The notes beneath the pieces are model-generated. The model did not search any database and was not told where the DNA came from. It was given only the letters and a program-made list of their open reading frames with translations. Shown here one piece after another: positions 9,900 to 19,187 of a stretch of 46,688 bases of DNA; position 1 is the first letter of the stretch; the number at the start of each line of letters is the position of its first letter. The stretch is taken from positions 1-46,688 of the forward strand of contig JAFCDX010000006.1 in NCBI GenBank assembly GCA_017609465.1, written 5' to 3'. Source of the stretch: Candidatus Woesearchaeota archaeon. GTDB taxonomy: Archaea > Nanobdellota > Nanobdellia > SCGC-AAA011-G17 > JAFCDX01. Both the position numbers and the translations under genes were made by a program.

Positions 9900-10437
9900 A
9901 GTATTTATTATTAATATATGGGTATTTTATTTAATATTTTTAATTTTTATATACAATTCATCATTTCTAGATATAATATTTAATAGAATGTCCTAATTCT
10001 CTTTTTATTTCTCCAATATCTCTTCTAAATTGTTTGATACTCATTTTTTTATAATATTTATGTACTCCCATAATATTTAAGTATGTCCCTACTCTAAAGT
10101 TCATTCTTTTTAAATTGGCTTATATAAAATATATATTAATAGAATACATTTAGTTAAAAATTTCTTTTTTGTACAAAGATACTTCTAATCCAATTTATAT
10201 TACAATATTTTTCTATGTTAGAAAATCCGGTTCTTAACTTTGTTTGTGTTGGTATTTATTTTTACTCTCTTTATAAGATAAAAAAATGTAAATATTTAGT
10301 TACAAGTTATAATAGAACATTGTATGCCTATTTGCTTACAATTTTTATTACAAAATTATCTTTATATGCAACATTATTTGTTAATTCGAAATTTTAACAA
10401 TAATCACTACATTTAAGTTTTTGTTCATCTAAATTAT

Positions 10438-11319
10438 TTACTTACAAGCACCATCATTACAACCATTATCACAAAGCACCATTTCGGATTTCCAACTAGC
10501 TTCTGTATTCTCATCACATCTATATTCTTTAAGATAACTTGAATCTTGTGTTGAACAATAATCATACATTGGACCAAATTCATTTCCTTCGCTTGTAGTT
10601 CCACTTACACTACCTTTTACATATACACTTCCGCCATCAGTATCTATACATTCATTTTCTTGACATTCTTGTCCATAATATTCTGCTTTTCGGTTTTCAC
10701 ATTCAATTATTTCCCCATTAATATTTATCCAAGGATATGCAGTAACTTTTTCATTGGGCCCTCTCCCTCTTGCGATTTCAAATGTTTTTATCTCATATTT
10801 TTTTAATCCCAAACTTTCTCCAATTGTACCAAATTGGTCACATCTATCAAAAGTATAAGTTATTTTTTCTATATCAATATTCCCAGTATTTTTTAATGTA
10901 ACTAATATAGTAAATCCATTTAATTCTGTTTTATATATATGTAATCCCACATCATCACAAGAGGCCTTATTAGATTCTTCAGTAACATTTTCTTTTATAT
11001 CACAAACATTATTAGAATTTTTATCTAAACAACATTCTTGATTATATTCTGTAGAAATATAAGGATATCCACAATTAGATTTAATTTCTTCTTCAATAAT
11101 TAAACTTTCATCTTTGTCACAAATTTTATTATCATTCTGATCTAAGCAACAACCTACCTCATGTCTTATATAAGGGGTTTCACATTTAATTGCCTTATCA
11201 ATATCATCTTCTGTAATTTGACTTCTTATTTCTTTGACAACTTCCCCAGTATCAACATTACAACCAGCTATTAAAAATACTGAAATTACCAATAATCCTA
11301 TTATTAGTTTATTTTTCAT
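10438..11319 (-). CDS. Cys-rich putative lipoprotein
   Basis: Lipobox LIAGC; two CCLDxNxNxxCD modules; C-terminal CIDTDGG..Y.KG module; paralog of 584..1075. Confidence 0.78.
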   Translation of the reverse strand: MKNKLIIGLLVISVFLIAGCNVDTGEVVKEIRSQITEDDIDKAIKCETPYIRHEVGCCLDQNDNKICDKDESLIIEEEIKSNCGYPYISTEYNQECCLDKNSNNVCDIKENVTEESNKASCDDVGLHIYKTELNGFTILVTLKNTGNIDIEKITYTFDRCDQFGTIGESLGLKKYEIKTFEIARGRGPNEKVTAYPWININGEIIECENRKAEYYGQECQENECIDTDGGSVYVKGSVSGTTSEGNEFGPMYDYCSTQDSSYLKEYRCDENTEASWKSEMVLCDNGCNDGACK

Positions 11320-11386
11320 TCTAATTTTTTAAACTTATATACTAGAATATACATATTATTTATAAATCTTTTTGTTTGTTTTTTTC

Positions 11387-11500
11387 TGTGTAAAAAGTAA
11401 GCCTTTATTTAGACTTTATACACAAAGCCAGTAGATAGCAAAATTGATAAAGCTTTGTTCTCGAAACCTTAAAAATTAAATATAACTATTTGCTATCAAC
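11387..11500. repeat. Cluster of short inverted repeats in divergent intergenic region
   Basis: 11387-11398/11413-11424 (11 of 12), 11422-11428/11452-11458 (7 of 7), 11431-11442/11489-11500 (11 of 12). Confidence 0.5.
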
Positions 11501-11538
11501 CCAAAAAGCTTATAAATAAATTTTATCCCAAATTATTC

Positions 11539-11826
11539 ATGAAAAGAACAGGCGGTTCAGGAAGAAAGAGCAGGCACAAGCTTAAAAAGAGCAAGAGAGA
11601 AAAAGGAAAATTCTCATTAAGCAGATACTTCCAGGAATTCAAGGAAGGAGACAAAGTATACTTAAAAATAGAACCAGCAGTAAAAAAAGGAGTATTTTTC
11701 CCAAGATTTCACGGAAAAGCAGGAGAAATATTAAAAAGAAAAGGAGACTGTTATGAAGTAAAAATAAAGGATGGAAATAAGGTAAAAACAGTTATCTCAC
11801 ATCCTATTCACTTAAAGAGAGTTTAA
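11539..11826 (+). CDS. rpl21e: 50S ribosomal protein L21e
   Basis: FKEGDKV, PRFHGKAG, HPIHLK; precedes rpoF. Confidence 0.95.
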   Translation: MKRTGGSGRKSRHKLKKSKREKGKFSLSRYFQEFKEGDKVYLKIEPAVKKGVFFPRFHGKAGEILKRKGDCYEVKIKDGNKVKTVISHPIHLKRV

Positions 11827-11827
11827 A

Positions 11828-12154
11828 ATGCCAAAAATAAAAGTCATGGATGAAAGGCCAATAACTTTAGCAGAAGTAAAGGTCATATTAAAGAAAAACG
11901 AAAGGCCATTATCCAAGGGAGTGTCAACATTAGAATATCTTAAGAAGATTCCTATATTAAAAGAAGACAAGGCAAAGGAGCTCATAGAAAAGCTTAAAAA
12001 GCTGGAAATTACAAGATTAAAAGACAAACACATAGTGAAAATAGTTGACATAATGCCTAAAGACATGGACAGCTTAAAGATGCTATTGTCAGAAGATATT
12101 TCACTAAAACAAGAAGAACTTCAAAAAATACTAGATACCATAAAGAAAGCATAA
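11828..12154 (+). CDS. rpoF: RNA polymerase subunit F (Rpo4)
   Basis: PITLAEVK...KIVDIMP; conserved rpl21e-rpoF-DUF655 synteny. Confidence 0.88.
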   Translation: MPKIKVMDERPITLAEVKVILKKNERPLSKGVSTLEYLKKIPILKEDKAKELIEKLKKLEITRLKDKHIVKIVDIMPKDMDSLKMLLSEDISLKQEELQKILDTIKKA

Positions 12155-12186
12155 AATGTGTTTAAAAATAAACAACAAGACAGAGA

Positions 12187-12738
12187 ATGATGAGAGAAAA
12201 GGAAGAGTATGCAATAGTACTGGATTTCCTTCCAAATGGATATCCGTTCGACAAAAGACCCATGCACAAGAGGTCTTCAATAGCGCAAGCTATAGGCATT
12301 AAGAATTTTGTTCTATTAGAATTAGTTCCGAAAAAAGATCAGTTTCTAAAAGCACATGAAAACGTTTACATAGGAGAAGGCAAGAGAGACAAGATACATC
12401 ACATAGTAGGAAAAATACCATCAGGAAAATTAACAGAAACAGCAAAAGCAGAATTAAATTACATAATCAAGGACATGGTTTCAAAAAATGAAGGGAAATT
12501 CGTTGAATTTTTCAATAATGCTCGTCCTATAAACATGAGAAGGCATCAGATAGAATTATTGCCAGGAATAGGAAAAAGACATATGAATGAGATCATAGAT
12601 GAACGTGAAAAAGAGCCTTTCAAGAGCTTTGAAGATATAAGGAAAAGAGTAAAGTTAATGCCAGACCCTGAAAAGATTGTCATAAAGAGAATATTACTGG
12701 AATTGGAAGGAACTGAAAAGCATAATTTGTTTATATAA
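12187..12738 (+). CDS. DUF655 putative RNA-binding protein
   Basis: VLDFLPNG, AQAIG..FVLLEL, HQIELLPGIGK (HhH). Confidence 0.9.
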   Translation: MMREKEEYAIVLDFLPNGYPFDKRPMHKRSSIAQAIGIKNFVLLELVPKKDQFLKAHENVYIGEGKRDKIHHIVGKIPSGKLTETAKAELNYIIKDMVSKNEGKFVEFFNNARPINMRRHQIELLPGIGKRHMNEIIDEREKEPFKSFEDIRKRVKLMPDPEKIVIKRILLELEGTEKHNLFI

Positions 12739-12780
12739 AAATAAAAATATTTATAAAGACAATAAATTCTGAAATTCAAT

Positions 12781-13245
12781 ATGGCAGAGGAAAAAATAAG
12801 GAATATTATAAGAATTCTGGATACTGACATAGAAGGTAATGTAATTATGGAAAAAGGTCTTAGAAAAATAAAAGGAGTAGGCTTCTCATTTTCAAACGCG
12901 ATATGCAATATTTTTGACTATGACAAAAGAAAAAAAATAGGAACTTTAAATGATAAAGACTTAAAACAAATAGAAGAATTAATAAAAAACCCAAAAGACA
13001 AACTTCCTAAATGGATGTTAAACAGAAGAAGAGATATTTATACAGGGGAAGACATGCACTTAACTTCAACTAACTTGAAATTATCAAAAGAATTTGACAT
13101 AAAGAACATGAAGAAAACGAAATCATACAAGGGAATGAGACATGCACAAGGACTTCCCGTAAGAGGACAGAGAACAAAAGGACATTTCAGGAAAGGAAAG
13201 TCTGTCGGTGTATCCAAGAAAGTAAAGAAAGGAAAGAAATCATAA
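12781..13245 (+). CDS. rps13: 30S ribosomal protein S13
   Basis: IKGVG, PKWMLNRRRD, SYKGMRH..GLPVRGQRTK. Confidence 0.97.
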   Translation: MAEEKIRNIIRILDTDIEGNVIMEKGLRKIKGVGFSFSNAICNIFDYDKRKKIGTLNDKDLKQIEELIKNPKDKLPKWMLNRRRDIYTGEDMHLTSTNLKLSKEFDIKNMKKTKSYKGMRHAQGLPVRGQRTKGHFRKGKSVGVSKKVKKGKKS

Positions 13246-13246
13246 A

Positions 13247-13819
13247 ATGGGAGCTCCAAGAAAAATCAGGAAAAAGTACAAAACACCTAAACATCCATGG
13301 AACAAGGAAACTATTGATAAGGAAAGAGAACTTTTAAAGATATACGGCCTTAAAAACAAAAAGGAAATATGGAAATCAATTTCAAAATTAAAAAAACTTA
13401 CAAGACAGGCAAAGAACTTGATGGGTAAAGAAAGCGAGCAGGCAAAGAAAGAAAAAGAACAATTGATAAACAAATTAAAAAAATACAATTTAATTGATGA
13501 AAAAAGCAAGATAGAAGATGTGTTAAGCTTAAGCATAGAAGATATTTTAGAAAGAAGATTGCAGACAAAAGTCTTTAAAATGGGTCTTTCAAGAAGCATA
13601 AGACAGGCAAGACAGTTAATAACTCACGGTCATATAAAAGTTTCTGGAAGAAAAACAACAATACCTTCATATATAGTAAAAGACGGAGACTCAATAACCT
13701 TCATAGAAAAATCATCCTTTAATAATCCAGAGCATCCTGAAAGAATCAAGGAAGAAATACCAAAAGACAGGATTGTTGAAAAACCAGGAGAATTAAAACC
13801 AAAACCTATGGAAGAATAA
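13247..13819 (+). CDS. rps4: 30S ribosomal protein S4
   Basis: [32 protein letters not shown]. Confidence 0.97.
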   Translation: MGAPRKIRKKYKTPKHPWNKETIDKERELLKIYGLKNKKEIWKSISKLKKLTRQAKNLMGKESEQAKKEKEQLINKLKKYNLIDEKSKIEDVLSLSIEDILERRLQTKVFKMGLSRSIRQARQLITHGHIKVSGRKTTIPSYIVKDGDSITFIEKSSFNNPEHPERIKEEIPKDRIVEKPGELKPKPMEE

Positions 13820-13820
13820 A

Positions 13821-14225
13821 ATGGCAAAAGAAAAAAATAAGTTGAGATGGGGTATAGCACATATTTATTCTAGTTACAACAATACAATAATTCATATTAC
13901 TGACATAACAGGTTCAGAGTCAATTGCAAAAGCATCCGGAGGAATGGTTGTAAAAGCTCATAGACTTGAAGGCTCTCCTAGTGCAGCAATGACATGCGCT
14001 AGATTGGCTGCAGAAGGAGCATTGGAGAAAGGAATAAATGCAGTTCACGTAAAAATAAGAGCAAAAGGAGGACACAACGGACCTGTAAGTACTGGACCCG
14101 GTGCAAATGCAGCAATAAAAACACTGTCAAGAGTTGGATTAAAGATAGGGATAATAGAGGATGTAACACCATTGCCACATGACGGGTGCAAGAAAAAATA
14201 CGGAAGAAGGGGGAGAAGAGTATGA
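13821..14225 (+). CDS. rps11: 30S ribosomal protein S11
   Basis: [31 protein letters not shown]. Confidence 0.97.
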   Translation: MAKEKNKLRWGIAHIYSSYNNTIIHITDITGSESIAKASGGMVVKAHRLEGSPSAAMTCARLAAEGALEKGINAVHVKIRAKGGHNGPVSTGPGANAAIKTLSRVGLKIGIIEDVTPLPHDGCKKKYGRRGRRV

Positions 14226-14995
14226 AAATTGAAAAAATAAAAGAAGACAAGAACAGATTTGTTTTTGTGCTAAAGGATTCCAATGACGTTACTGCAAACA
14301 CGTTGAGAAGAGCAATGATGTCAGAAGTTCCTGTAATGGCAATTGATGAGGTCAATTTTCACAAGAATGACTCTGCATTATTTGACGAAATGCTTGCATT
14401 AAGATTGGGTCTTGTTCCATTAATAACTGACCTTAAATCATACAAACTAAAAGAAGAATGCACATGCAAGGGAGAAGGATGTCCTAAATGTGAATTGATG
14501 TTAATATTAAAAGCAAAAGGACCAATAACTGTTTATGCGAAGGACATTCAAAGTAATGATCCAAAAATAAAAGCTGTATATCCTGATTTGCCAATAGTAA
14601 AGCTTGATGAAAACCAGGAATTGGAATTTGAAGCAAAGGCTGTATTGGGAAAAGGAAAAGAGCATTCAAAATACTCTCCTGGATTAATTTATTTCAAAGC
14701 TTATTCAATAATAGAAACAAAAGGGAATGTTTCAAACATAAAGAATTTATGTCCAAAAGATGTTCTTGAAGTAAAAGGAAATAAAGTTATCATAAAGGAT
14801 TTATTGAAATGTGATTTGTGTGAAGTATGTGCAGAAAACAATAATAACATATTTGTTAAGCCGAGTGAAAAGAACTTTGTTTTTGCAATAGAAACATGGG
14901 GACAATTGCAGCCAAAGCAAATACTGATAGAGTCCTTGAACATAATGGAAAAGAAGTTAGAGAATCTTGCTAAAGAGATAAAAAAGATAAAATAA
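14222..14995 (+). CDS. rpoD: RNA polymerase subunit D (Rpo3) with Cys-rich Fe-S-type insertion
   Basis: [38 protein letters not shown]...CDLCEVC; ATG at 14222 overlaps the rps11 stop (archaeal rpoD, not a sigma factor). Confidence 0.95.
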   Translation: MKIEKIKEDKNRFVFVLKDSNDVTANTLRRAMMSEVPVMAIDEVNFHKNDSALFDEMLALRLGLVPLITDLKSYKLKEECTCKGEGCPKCELMLILKAKGPITVYAKDIQSNDPKIKAVYPDLPIVKLDENQELEFEAKAVLGKGKEHSKYSPGLIYFKAYSIIETKGNVSNIKNLCPKDVLEVKGNKVIIKDLLKCDLCEVCAENNNNIFVKPSEKNFVFAIETWGQLQPKQILIESLNIMEKKLENLAKEIKKIK

Positions 14996-15000
14996 TTAGA

Positions 15001-15008
15001 TTTAAATA
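15001..15008 (+). promoter_or_regulatory. TATA box of tRNA-Leu
   Basis: TTTAAATA 23 nt upstream of the tRNA 5' end. Confidence 0.55.
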
Positions 15009-15030
15009 ATATTCATAAAAAGTGTCTTAA

Positions 15031-15136
15031 GCGGGAGTGCCGGAGTGGACAAACGGGACACGTTAAGGCCGTGTTGGCTTAGTGCCTACGCAGGTTCGAA
15101 ATAACCTTATGGTTAACGAAATTCCTGTCTCCCGCA
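15031..15136 (+). tRNA. tRNA-Leu(AAG) with 22-nt intron at position 59/60 (15101-15122)
   Basis: Acceptor GCGGGAG/CTCCCGC+A; anticodon stem ACACG/CGTGT with loop TT-AAG-GC; long variable arm; T stem GCAGG/CCTGT; BHB-like intron restores T-loop TTCGAAT. Confidence 0.9.
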
Positions 15137-15146
15137 TTAAAAAAAG

Positions 15147-15566
15147 ATGGTAGCTAACAAAGACGAAAAAATGGCAAGAGACATAAGTTCAATAATCTGT
15201 TTCCTAAGTAGATCAGGAAATAAGGATCTGGCATCCAAAGTACTTATAGCTACCTCCGACAATGGAGGTATGAAAGAAAAAGAATTGATAAATTATTTTA
15301 AAGAGGAATACGGAACTAGCGAGAAGGAAATAAAAAGAATTACAGATTATTTCACAAAGCATGGTGTTTTAATTAAAAATCTAGAAACCAAAAGAGAAAA
15401 AGAGGTTAAAAGACCAAGACCACGTTGCACTCCTGACAATAAAATAGTAGAGGGAAGATCAAAAGAAATAATAGTTACAGAAAAATTATACATGCCAACA
15501 AAGGGATGGAAAAAAAATGCAAGTAAGTTAAAAGAATATTTATCAAATCAAAAAGGTTATGAATAA
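15147..15566 (+). CDS. Hypothetical protein, probable winged-helix
   Basis: GMKEKELINYF...SEKEIKRITDYFTKHGVLIK followed by a long wing-like segment. Confidence 0.6.
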   Translation: MVANKDEKMARDISSIICFLSRSGNKDLASKVLIATSDNGGMKEKELINYFKEEYGTSEKEIKRITDYFTKHGVLIKNLETKREKEVKRPRPRCTPDNKIVEGRSKEIIVTEKLYMPTKGWKKNASKLKEYLSNQKGYE

Positions 15567-15567
15567 A

Positions 15568-15930
15568 ATGGCAAAAAGAACAGGACCAACAAATAAAAAT
15601 TTATCAAATTTAATAAGCGAGTTAAAGGAATTAAGCATTAAGGAAAAGGTTAATGTTTGGAAAAGAATAGCAAATGATTTGTCAAAACCTACAAGGCAGA
15701 GAAGGAAAACAAACATTTACAAGATAAACAAGTATACAAAGGAAGATGAGATAGCACTGGTTCCTGGAAAAGTATTAGGCCTTGGTGAATTGTCAAAAAA
15801 AATAACAGTTGCAGCATTCCAGTATTCAGACGTTGCAAAGGAAAAAATAAACAAGATTGGAAAAGCAATAACAATAAAAGAATTAATAAAACAAAATCCA
15901 AAAGGAAAAAAAGTGAGGATCATTGGATAA
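15568..15930 (+). CDS. rpl18e: 50S ribosomal protein L18e
   Basis: WKRIA.DL.KPTRQR, VPGKVLG.G, NPKGKKVRIIG. Confidence 0.96.
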   Translation: MAKRTGPTNKNLSNLISELKELSIKEKVNVWKRIANDLSKPTRQRRKTNIYKINKYTKEDEIALVPGKVLGLGELSKKITVAAFQYSDVAKEKINKIGKAITIKELIKQNPKGKKVRIIG

Positions 15931-15931
15931 A

Positions 15932-16348
15932 ATGATAATAATAGACGGAACAAACCTGTTGATGGGAAGACTTGCAACCTATGCCGCAAAAAAAGCATTA
16001 GAAGGTGAAAAAGTAGTAATCGTTAATTCTGAAAAAGTAATAATATCAGGGAAAAAAGAAATGGTCTTCAAAAAATACAAGGAAAAAAGAGAAAAAGGAA
16101 GTGCATTAAAAGGACCTTACACTCCAAGAAAACCTGACAGAATGCTTAGAAGAACAATAAGAGGGATGATTCCTTATAAAACAGGAAAAGGAAAAGAGGC
16201 ATTTGAAAGAGTAATGTGCTATGTTGAAGTCCCTGAAAAATACAGGAATGAAAAATTGGAAACACTTAAAAGCGCTGATTTTTCAAAATTAAAAACAATA
16301 AATTATATAACATTGGACAGATTAAGTAATATGCTCGGTGGAAAGTGA
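15932..16348 (+). CDS. rpl13: 50S ribosomal protein L13
   Basis: IIDG...MGRLA..AK..LEG, GPYTPR.PD..LRRTIRGM.P. Confidence 0.96.
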   Translation: MIIIDGTNLLMGRLATYAAKKALEGEKVVIVNSEKVIISGKKEMVFKKYKEKREKGSALKGPYTPRKPDRMLRRTIRGMIPYKTGKGKEAFERVMCYVEVPEKYRNEKLETLKSADFSKLKTINYITLDRLSNMLGGK

Positions 16349-16740
16349 AGCCAATAAACACATCAGGAAAGAGAAAGTCTGCATTAGCAAAAGCTGTTTT
16401 AAAAGAAGGTAAAGGTGTAATCAAGATTAATTCAAGACCAATTAATGTTTATTTTCATGACATGGCAAGAGACAGAGTTAATGAATTAATAACACTTTCA
16501 GAACCAACAATAAAAAAAGTTGATGTAAATGTGAATGTAAGTGGAGGGGGATGGCAGTCGCAATCAGAAGCTTCAAGACTTGCAATTGCAAGGGCTCTCG
16601 CAAAATATGACAAAAAACTGAAAAAAGTGTTCAGTGATTATGATAAGCATTTATTGATTGCTGATGTAAGAAGAAAGGAAACAAGAAAGCCAAACACATC
16701 AAATAGTGCAAGAAGTAAAAGACAAAAATCTTATAGATAA
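16345..16740 (+). CDS. rps9: 30S ribosomal protein S9
   Basis: SGKRKSA.A, VSGGG, AR.KRQKSYR; GTG start. Confidence 0.96.
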   Translation: MKPINTSGKRKSALAKAVLKEGKGVIKINSRPINVYFHDMARDRVNELITLSEPTIKKVDVNVNVSGGGWQSQSEASRLAIARALAKYDKKLKKVFSDYDKHLLIADVRRKETRKPNTSNSARSKRQKSYR

Positions 16741-16771
16741 AGTTATAAACATAAAAAATTTCATATTCAAA

Positions 16772-16966
16772 ATGATAATACCAATAAGATGCATGAGCTG
16801 TGGAAAGCCAGTTGGACATTTATGGCAGAAGTTCAATGAATTAAAGAAATCAAAGTCTGTAAAAGAAGCTATGGATGAAGCTGGTTTAGAAAGATACTGC
16901 TGTAGGTCATTATTCTTAAGTCATGTCGATTTGATAGATATAGTTTCAAAATTCAAAAGATTTTAA
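16772..16966 (+). CDS. rpoN: RNA polymerase subunit N (Rpo10)
   Basis: MIIPIRCMSCGK...RYCCR; ATG at 16772. Confidence 0.96.
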   Translation: MIIPIRCMSCGKPVGHLWQKFNELKKSKSVKEAMDEAGLERYCCRSLFLSHVDLIDIVSKFKRF

Positions 16967-16990
16967 AAGTTTTTTTTACAAAAATATAAT

Positions 16991-18028
16991 ATGGAAATTA
17001 ATATGAATTATGGAAGTAAAGGTTTATCCAATAAAGAAATAAATAAATGGAATTATGATTCTTTTTTAGAGCTTGAAGAAAGAAAAACAAATTTGTTGAA
17101 GTATATCCAAAGTTTTCCTGATATATATAAAAAAATAAATATGAATGGAGAAGGTTTGTTAATCCCAAAGAAAATAGAAGAAAATGATATAATAAATTAT
17201 AATAATTTAGAAACTTTGGTTAAGAAATTTTCTATTATGATCTCAAGAAAAAGAAAGCATAAAAATTTAAGAGAAAAGATAATTGAAAAGAGAAATGAGA
17301 TAGAGGAATACAATCTGGGCATAGTTCTAAAACGTGCAAGCCATTATAATGTATTTTTAAACAGGTCTTTTTTTGATATATTCCAGGATGGATGTCTTGG
17401 AAGTCAAAGAGCTGTAGAAAAATTCAATTATAAAAAAGAGTATAATTTCTCAACTTTCGCGATATATTGGATAGACCAATCAATAATTAGGGGATATAAT
17501 AATCATGCTTATACCATACGTATTCCTATCCATACCATAACAAAAATTAGGAAGATGGAAAAATTAGCAAGAAAATTAGATTTGGATATAAATAATACTT
17601 ATGATCTTTATATAATTTCAAAAGAGATGAATATGAATATTAAAGAGATTCTAAAACTTAGAGAATATAACATAAAAACAAGCTCTCTTAACAAAGAGAT
17701 TACAAAGGAAGATAGTAAAATAGAATTGGGGGACATTATTGAAGATAAAAACATAAAAAACCCATTTGAAATATACGAAAGCAAAAAAACTAAGGTGGAC
17801 GTACTGAATTTATTAAAATGTTTATCTCCAAGAGAAGAGATAATAATAAAAATGAGATTTGGAATTAAATGTCTTTATTCTGAAGACCCTCCTAGAGAAT
17901 ATACTCTTGAAGAAATTGGAGATTATCTTAATGTTACAAGAGAACGTGTGAGACGAATACAATATAAAGCACTTAAAAAGCTTAGATTGAATCAAGAAAT
18001 TGAGGGAATAACATTACATCAACAGTAA
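16991..18028 (+). CDS. Sigma-70 (RpoD/SigA-like) family protein
   Basis: Region 2: YNLGIV..ASHY, DIFQDG.LG..RAVEKF, FSTFAIYWIDQSI.R, TIRIPIH; region 3: SSLN..I...LGDIIED; region 4: LSPREE.IIKMRFG, TLEEIG..LNVTRERVRRI..KALKKLR. Confidence 0.92.
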   Translation: MEINMNYGSKGLSNKEINKWNYDSFLELEERKTNLLKYIQSFPDIYKKINMNGEGLLIPKKIEENDIINYNNLETLVKKFSIMISRKRKHKNLREKIIEKRNEIEEYNLGIVLKRASHYNVFLNRSFFDIFQDGCLGSQRAVEKFNYKKEYNFSTFAIYWIDQSIIRGYNNHAYTIRIPIHTITKIRKMEKLARKLDLDINNTYDLYIISKEMNMNIKEILKLREYNIKTSSLNKEITKEDSKIELGDIIEDKNIKNPFEIYESKKTKVDVLNLLKCLSPREEIIIKMRFGIKCLYSEDPPREYTLEEIGDYLNVTRERVRRIQYKALKKLRLNQEIEGITLHQQ

Positions 18029-18059
18029 ATTATAAAAATAGAGGATAATTGATAATTCT

Positions 18060-19133
18060 ATGACAAAAGAGGCATTTAATCCATGGAGTTCTAAATCCAT
18101 AAAGAATTATGAGGCTGCATTTGATGAATTTGGATTAAAGAAAATAGATAATAAATTAAAACTAGACCATCATTTATTCAGGAGAAACATAATAATAGCT
18201 CACAGGGACTTTGACAAGGTATTTAATAGAATAAAAAACAAAAAGCCTTTCATACAGATGACCGGAATAGCTTCATCAGGAAAACTTCATTTTGGTCACA
18301 AATCAATAATAGACATGTTCACATTTTTCTCAAAATTCCAAAATTCAAGAAATTATTTTGCAATCTCTGACATAGACGCTTATTGCTCAAGAGAGAAATT
18401 CAAATCCTTTGAAGAAACAAAAGAGTATGCAATAGAAAATCTTGCTAATGTGTTGGCATTGGGCGTTAAAAAGAAATATGTTTATGTTCAGTCAAAAAAA
18501 GAAAGTAAGTATTACAGCTTTATCTTTGAATTGTCAAAGAAAATAACAAGAAAGTCCTTTGAAGCAACATACGGGCATATTGACTTGGGAAAAATACAAG
18601 CCAGTTTAATACAATACGGCGACATATTGCATCCACAATTAAAGGATTATGAAGGAAAAATGCCTTCGTTAACAGGTATTGCGCTTGATCAAGATCCTCA
18701 TGCAAAAATAACAAGGGACATTGCAAGAAAATTCAAGTTAGAATTGCCAAGTTTTATTTATTTACTTCATCAATCAGGATTAAAAGATTCTAAAATGAGT
18801 GCTTCAAAACCAGAAACAGCAATTTTCCTTGATGATTCCAATATAGAAATAAAGAAAAAGATACAACATGCATTTACTGGTGGAAGAGATACTGTAGAAG
18901 AGCAAAAAAGGCTTGGAGGAGATCCTGAAATATGCAAGATTCATGAGTTTTTATTATTTCATCATCTAAAAGACAAGTTCGTTAAGGAAATATATGACAG
19001 GTGCCGTTCCGGGAATTTATTATGCGGAGAATGTAAGCAGTTATGTACTGATTTTATAATAGATTTTCTTGAAAAACACAGGGAAAAAGTAAAGAAAAAC
19101 AGAAAAATAGCAGAGAAAATTATAAATAATTAA
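18060..19133 (+). CDS. trpS: Tryptophanyl-tRNA synthetase (archaeal type)
   Basis: FNPW, SGKLHFGH (HIGH), DQDPH, KMSAS, AFTGGR, LLCGECK. Confidence 0.95.
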   Translation: MTKEAFNPWSSKSIKNYEAAFDEFGLKKIDNKLKLDHHLFRRNIIIAHRDFDKVFNRIKNKKPFIQMTGIASSGKLHFGHKSIIDMFTFFSKFQNSRNYFAISDIDAYCSREKFKSFEETKEYAIENLANVLALGVKKKYVYVQSKKESKYYSFIFELSKKITRKSFEATYGHIDLGKIQASLIQYGDILHPQLKDYEGKMPSLTGIALDQDPHAKITRDIARKFKLELPSFIYLLHQSGLKDSKMSASKPETAIFLDDSNIEIKKKIQHAFTGGRDTVEEQKRLGGDPEICKIHEFLLFHHLKDKFVKEIYDRCRSGNLLCGECKQLCTDFIIDFLEKHREKVKKNRKIAEKIINN

Positions 19134-19187
19134 TTATTGGTAGATAGTAACATTTAAATACTTATTCTAATACTCAAAAGTAGTAAA

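Noticed and set aside
14222-14995. rpoD as a sigma factor
   Set aside because: Name clash only; this is archaeal RNAP subunit D/Rpo3. The sigma-like gene is at 16991
15063-15069. Reading the tRNA-Leu anticodon as TAA
   Set aside because: The perfect 5-bp stem places TAA at positions 33-35; positions 34-36 are AAG
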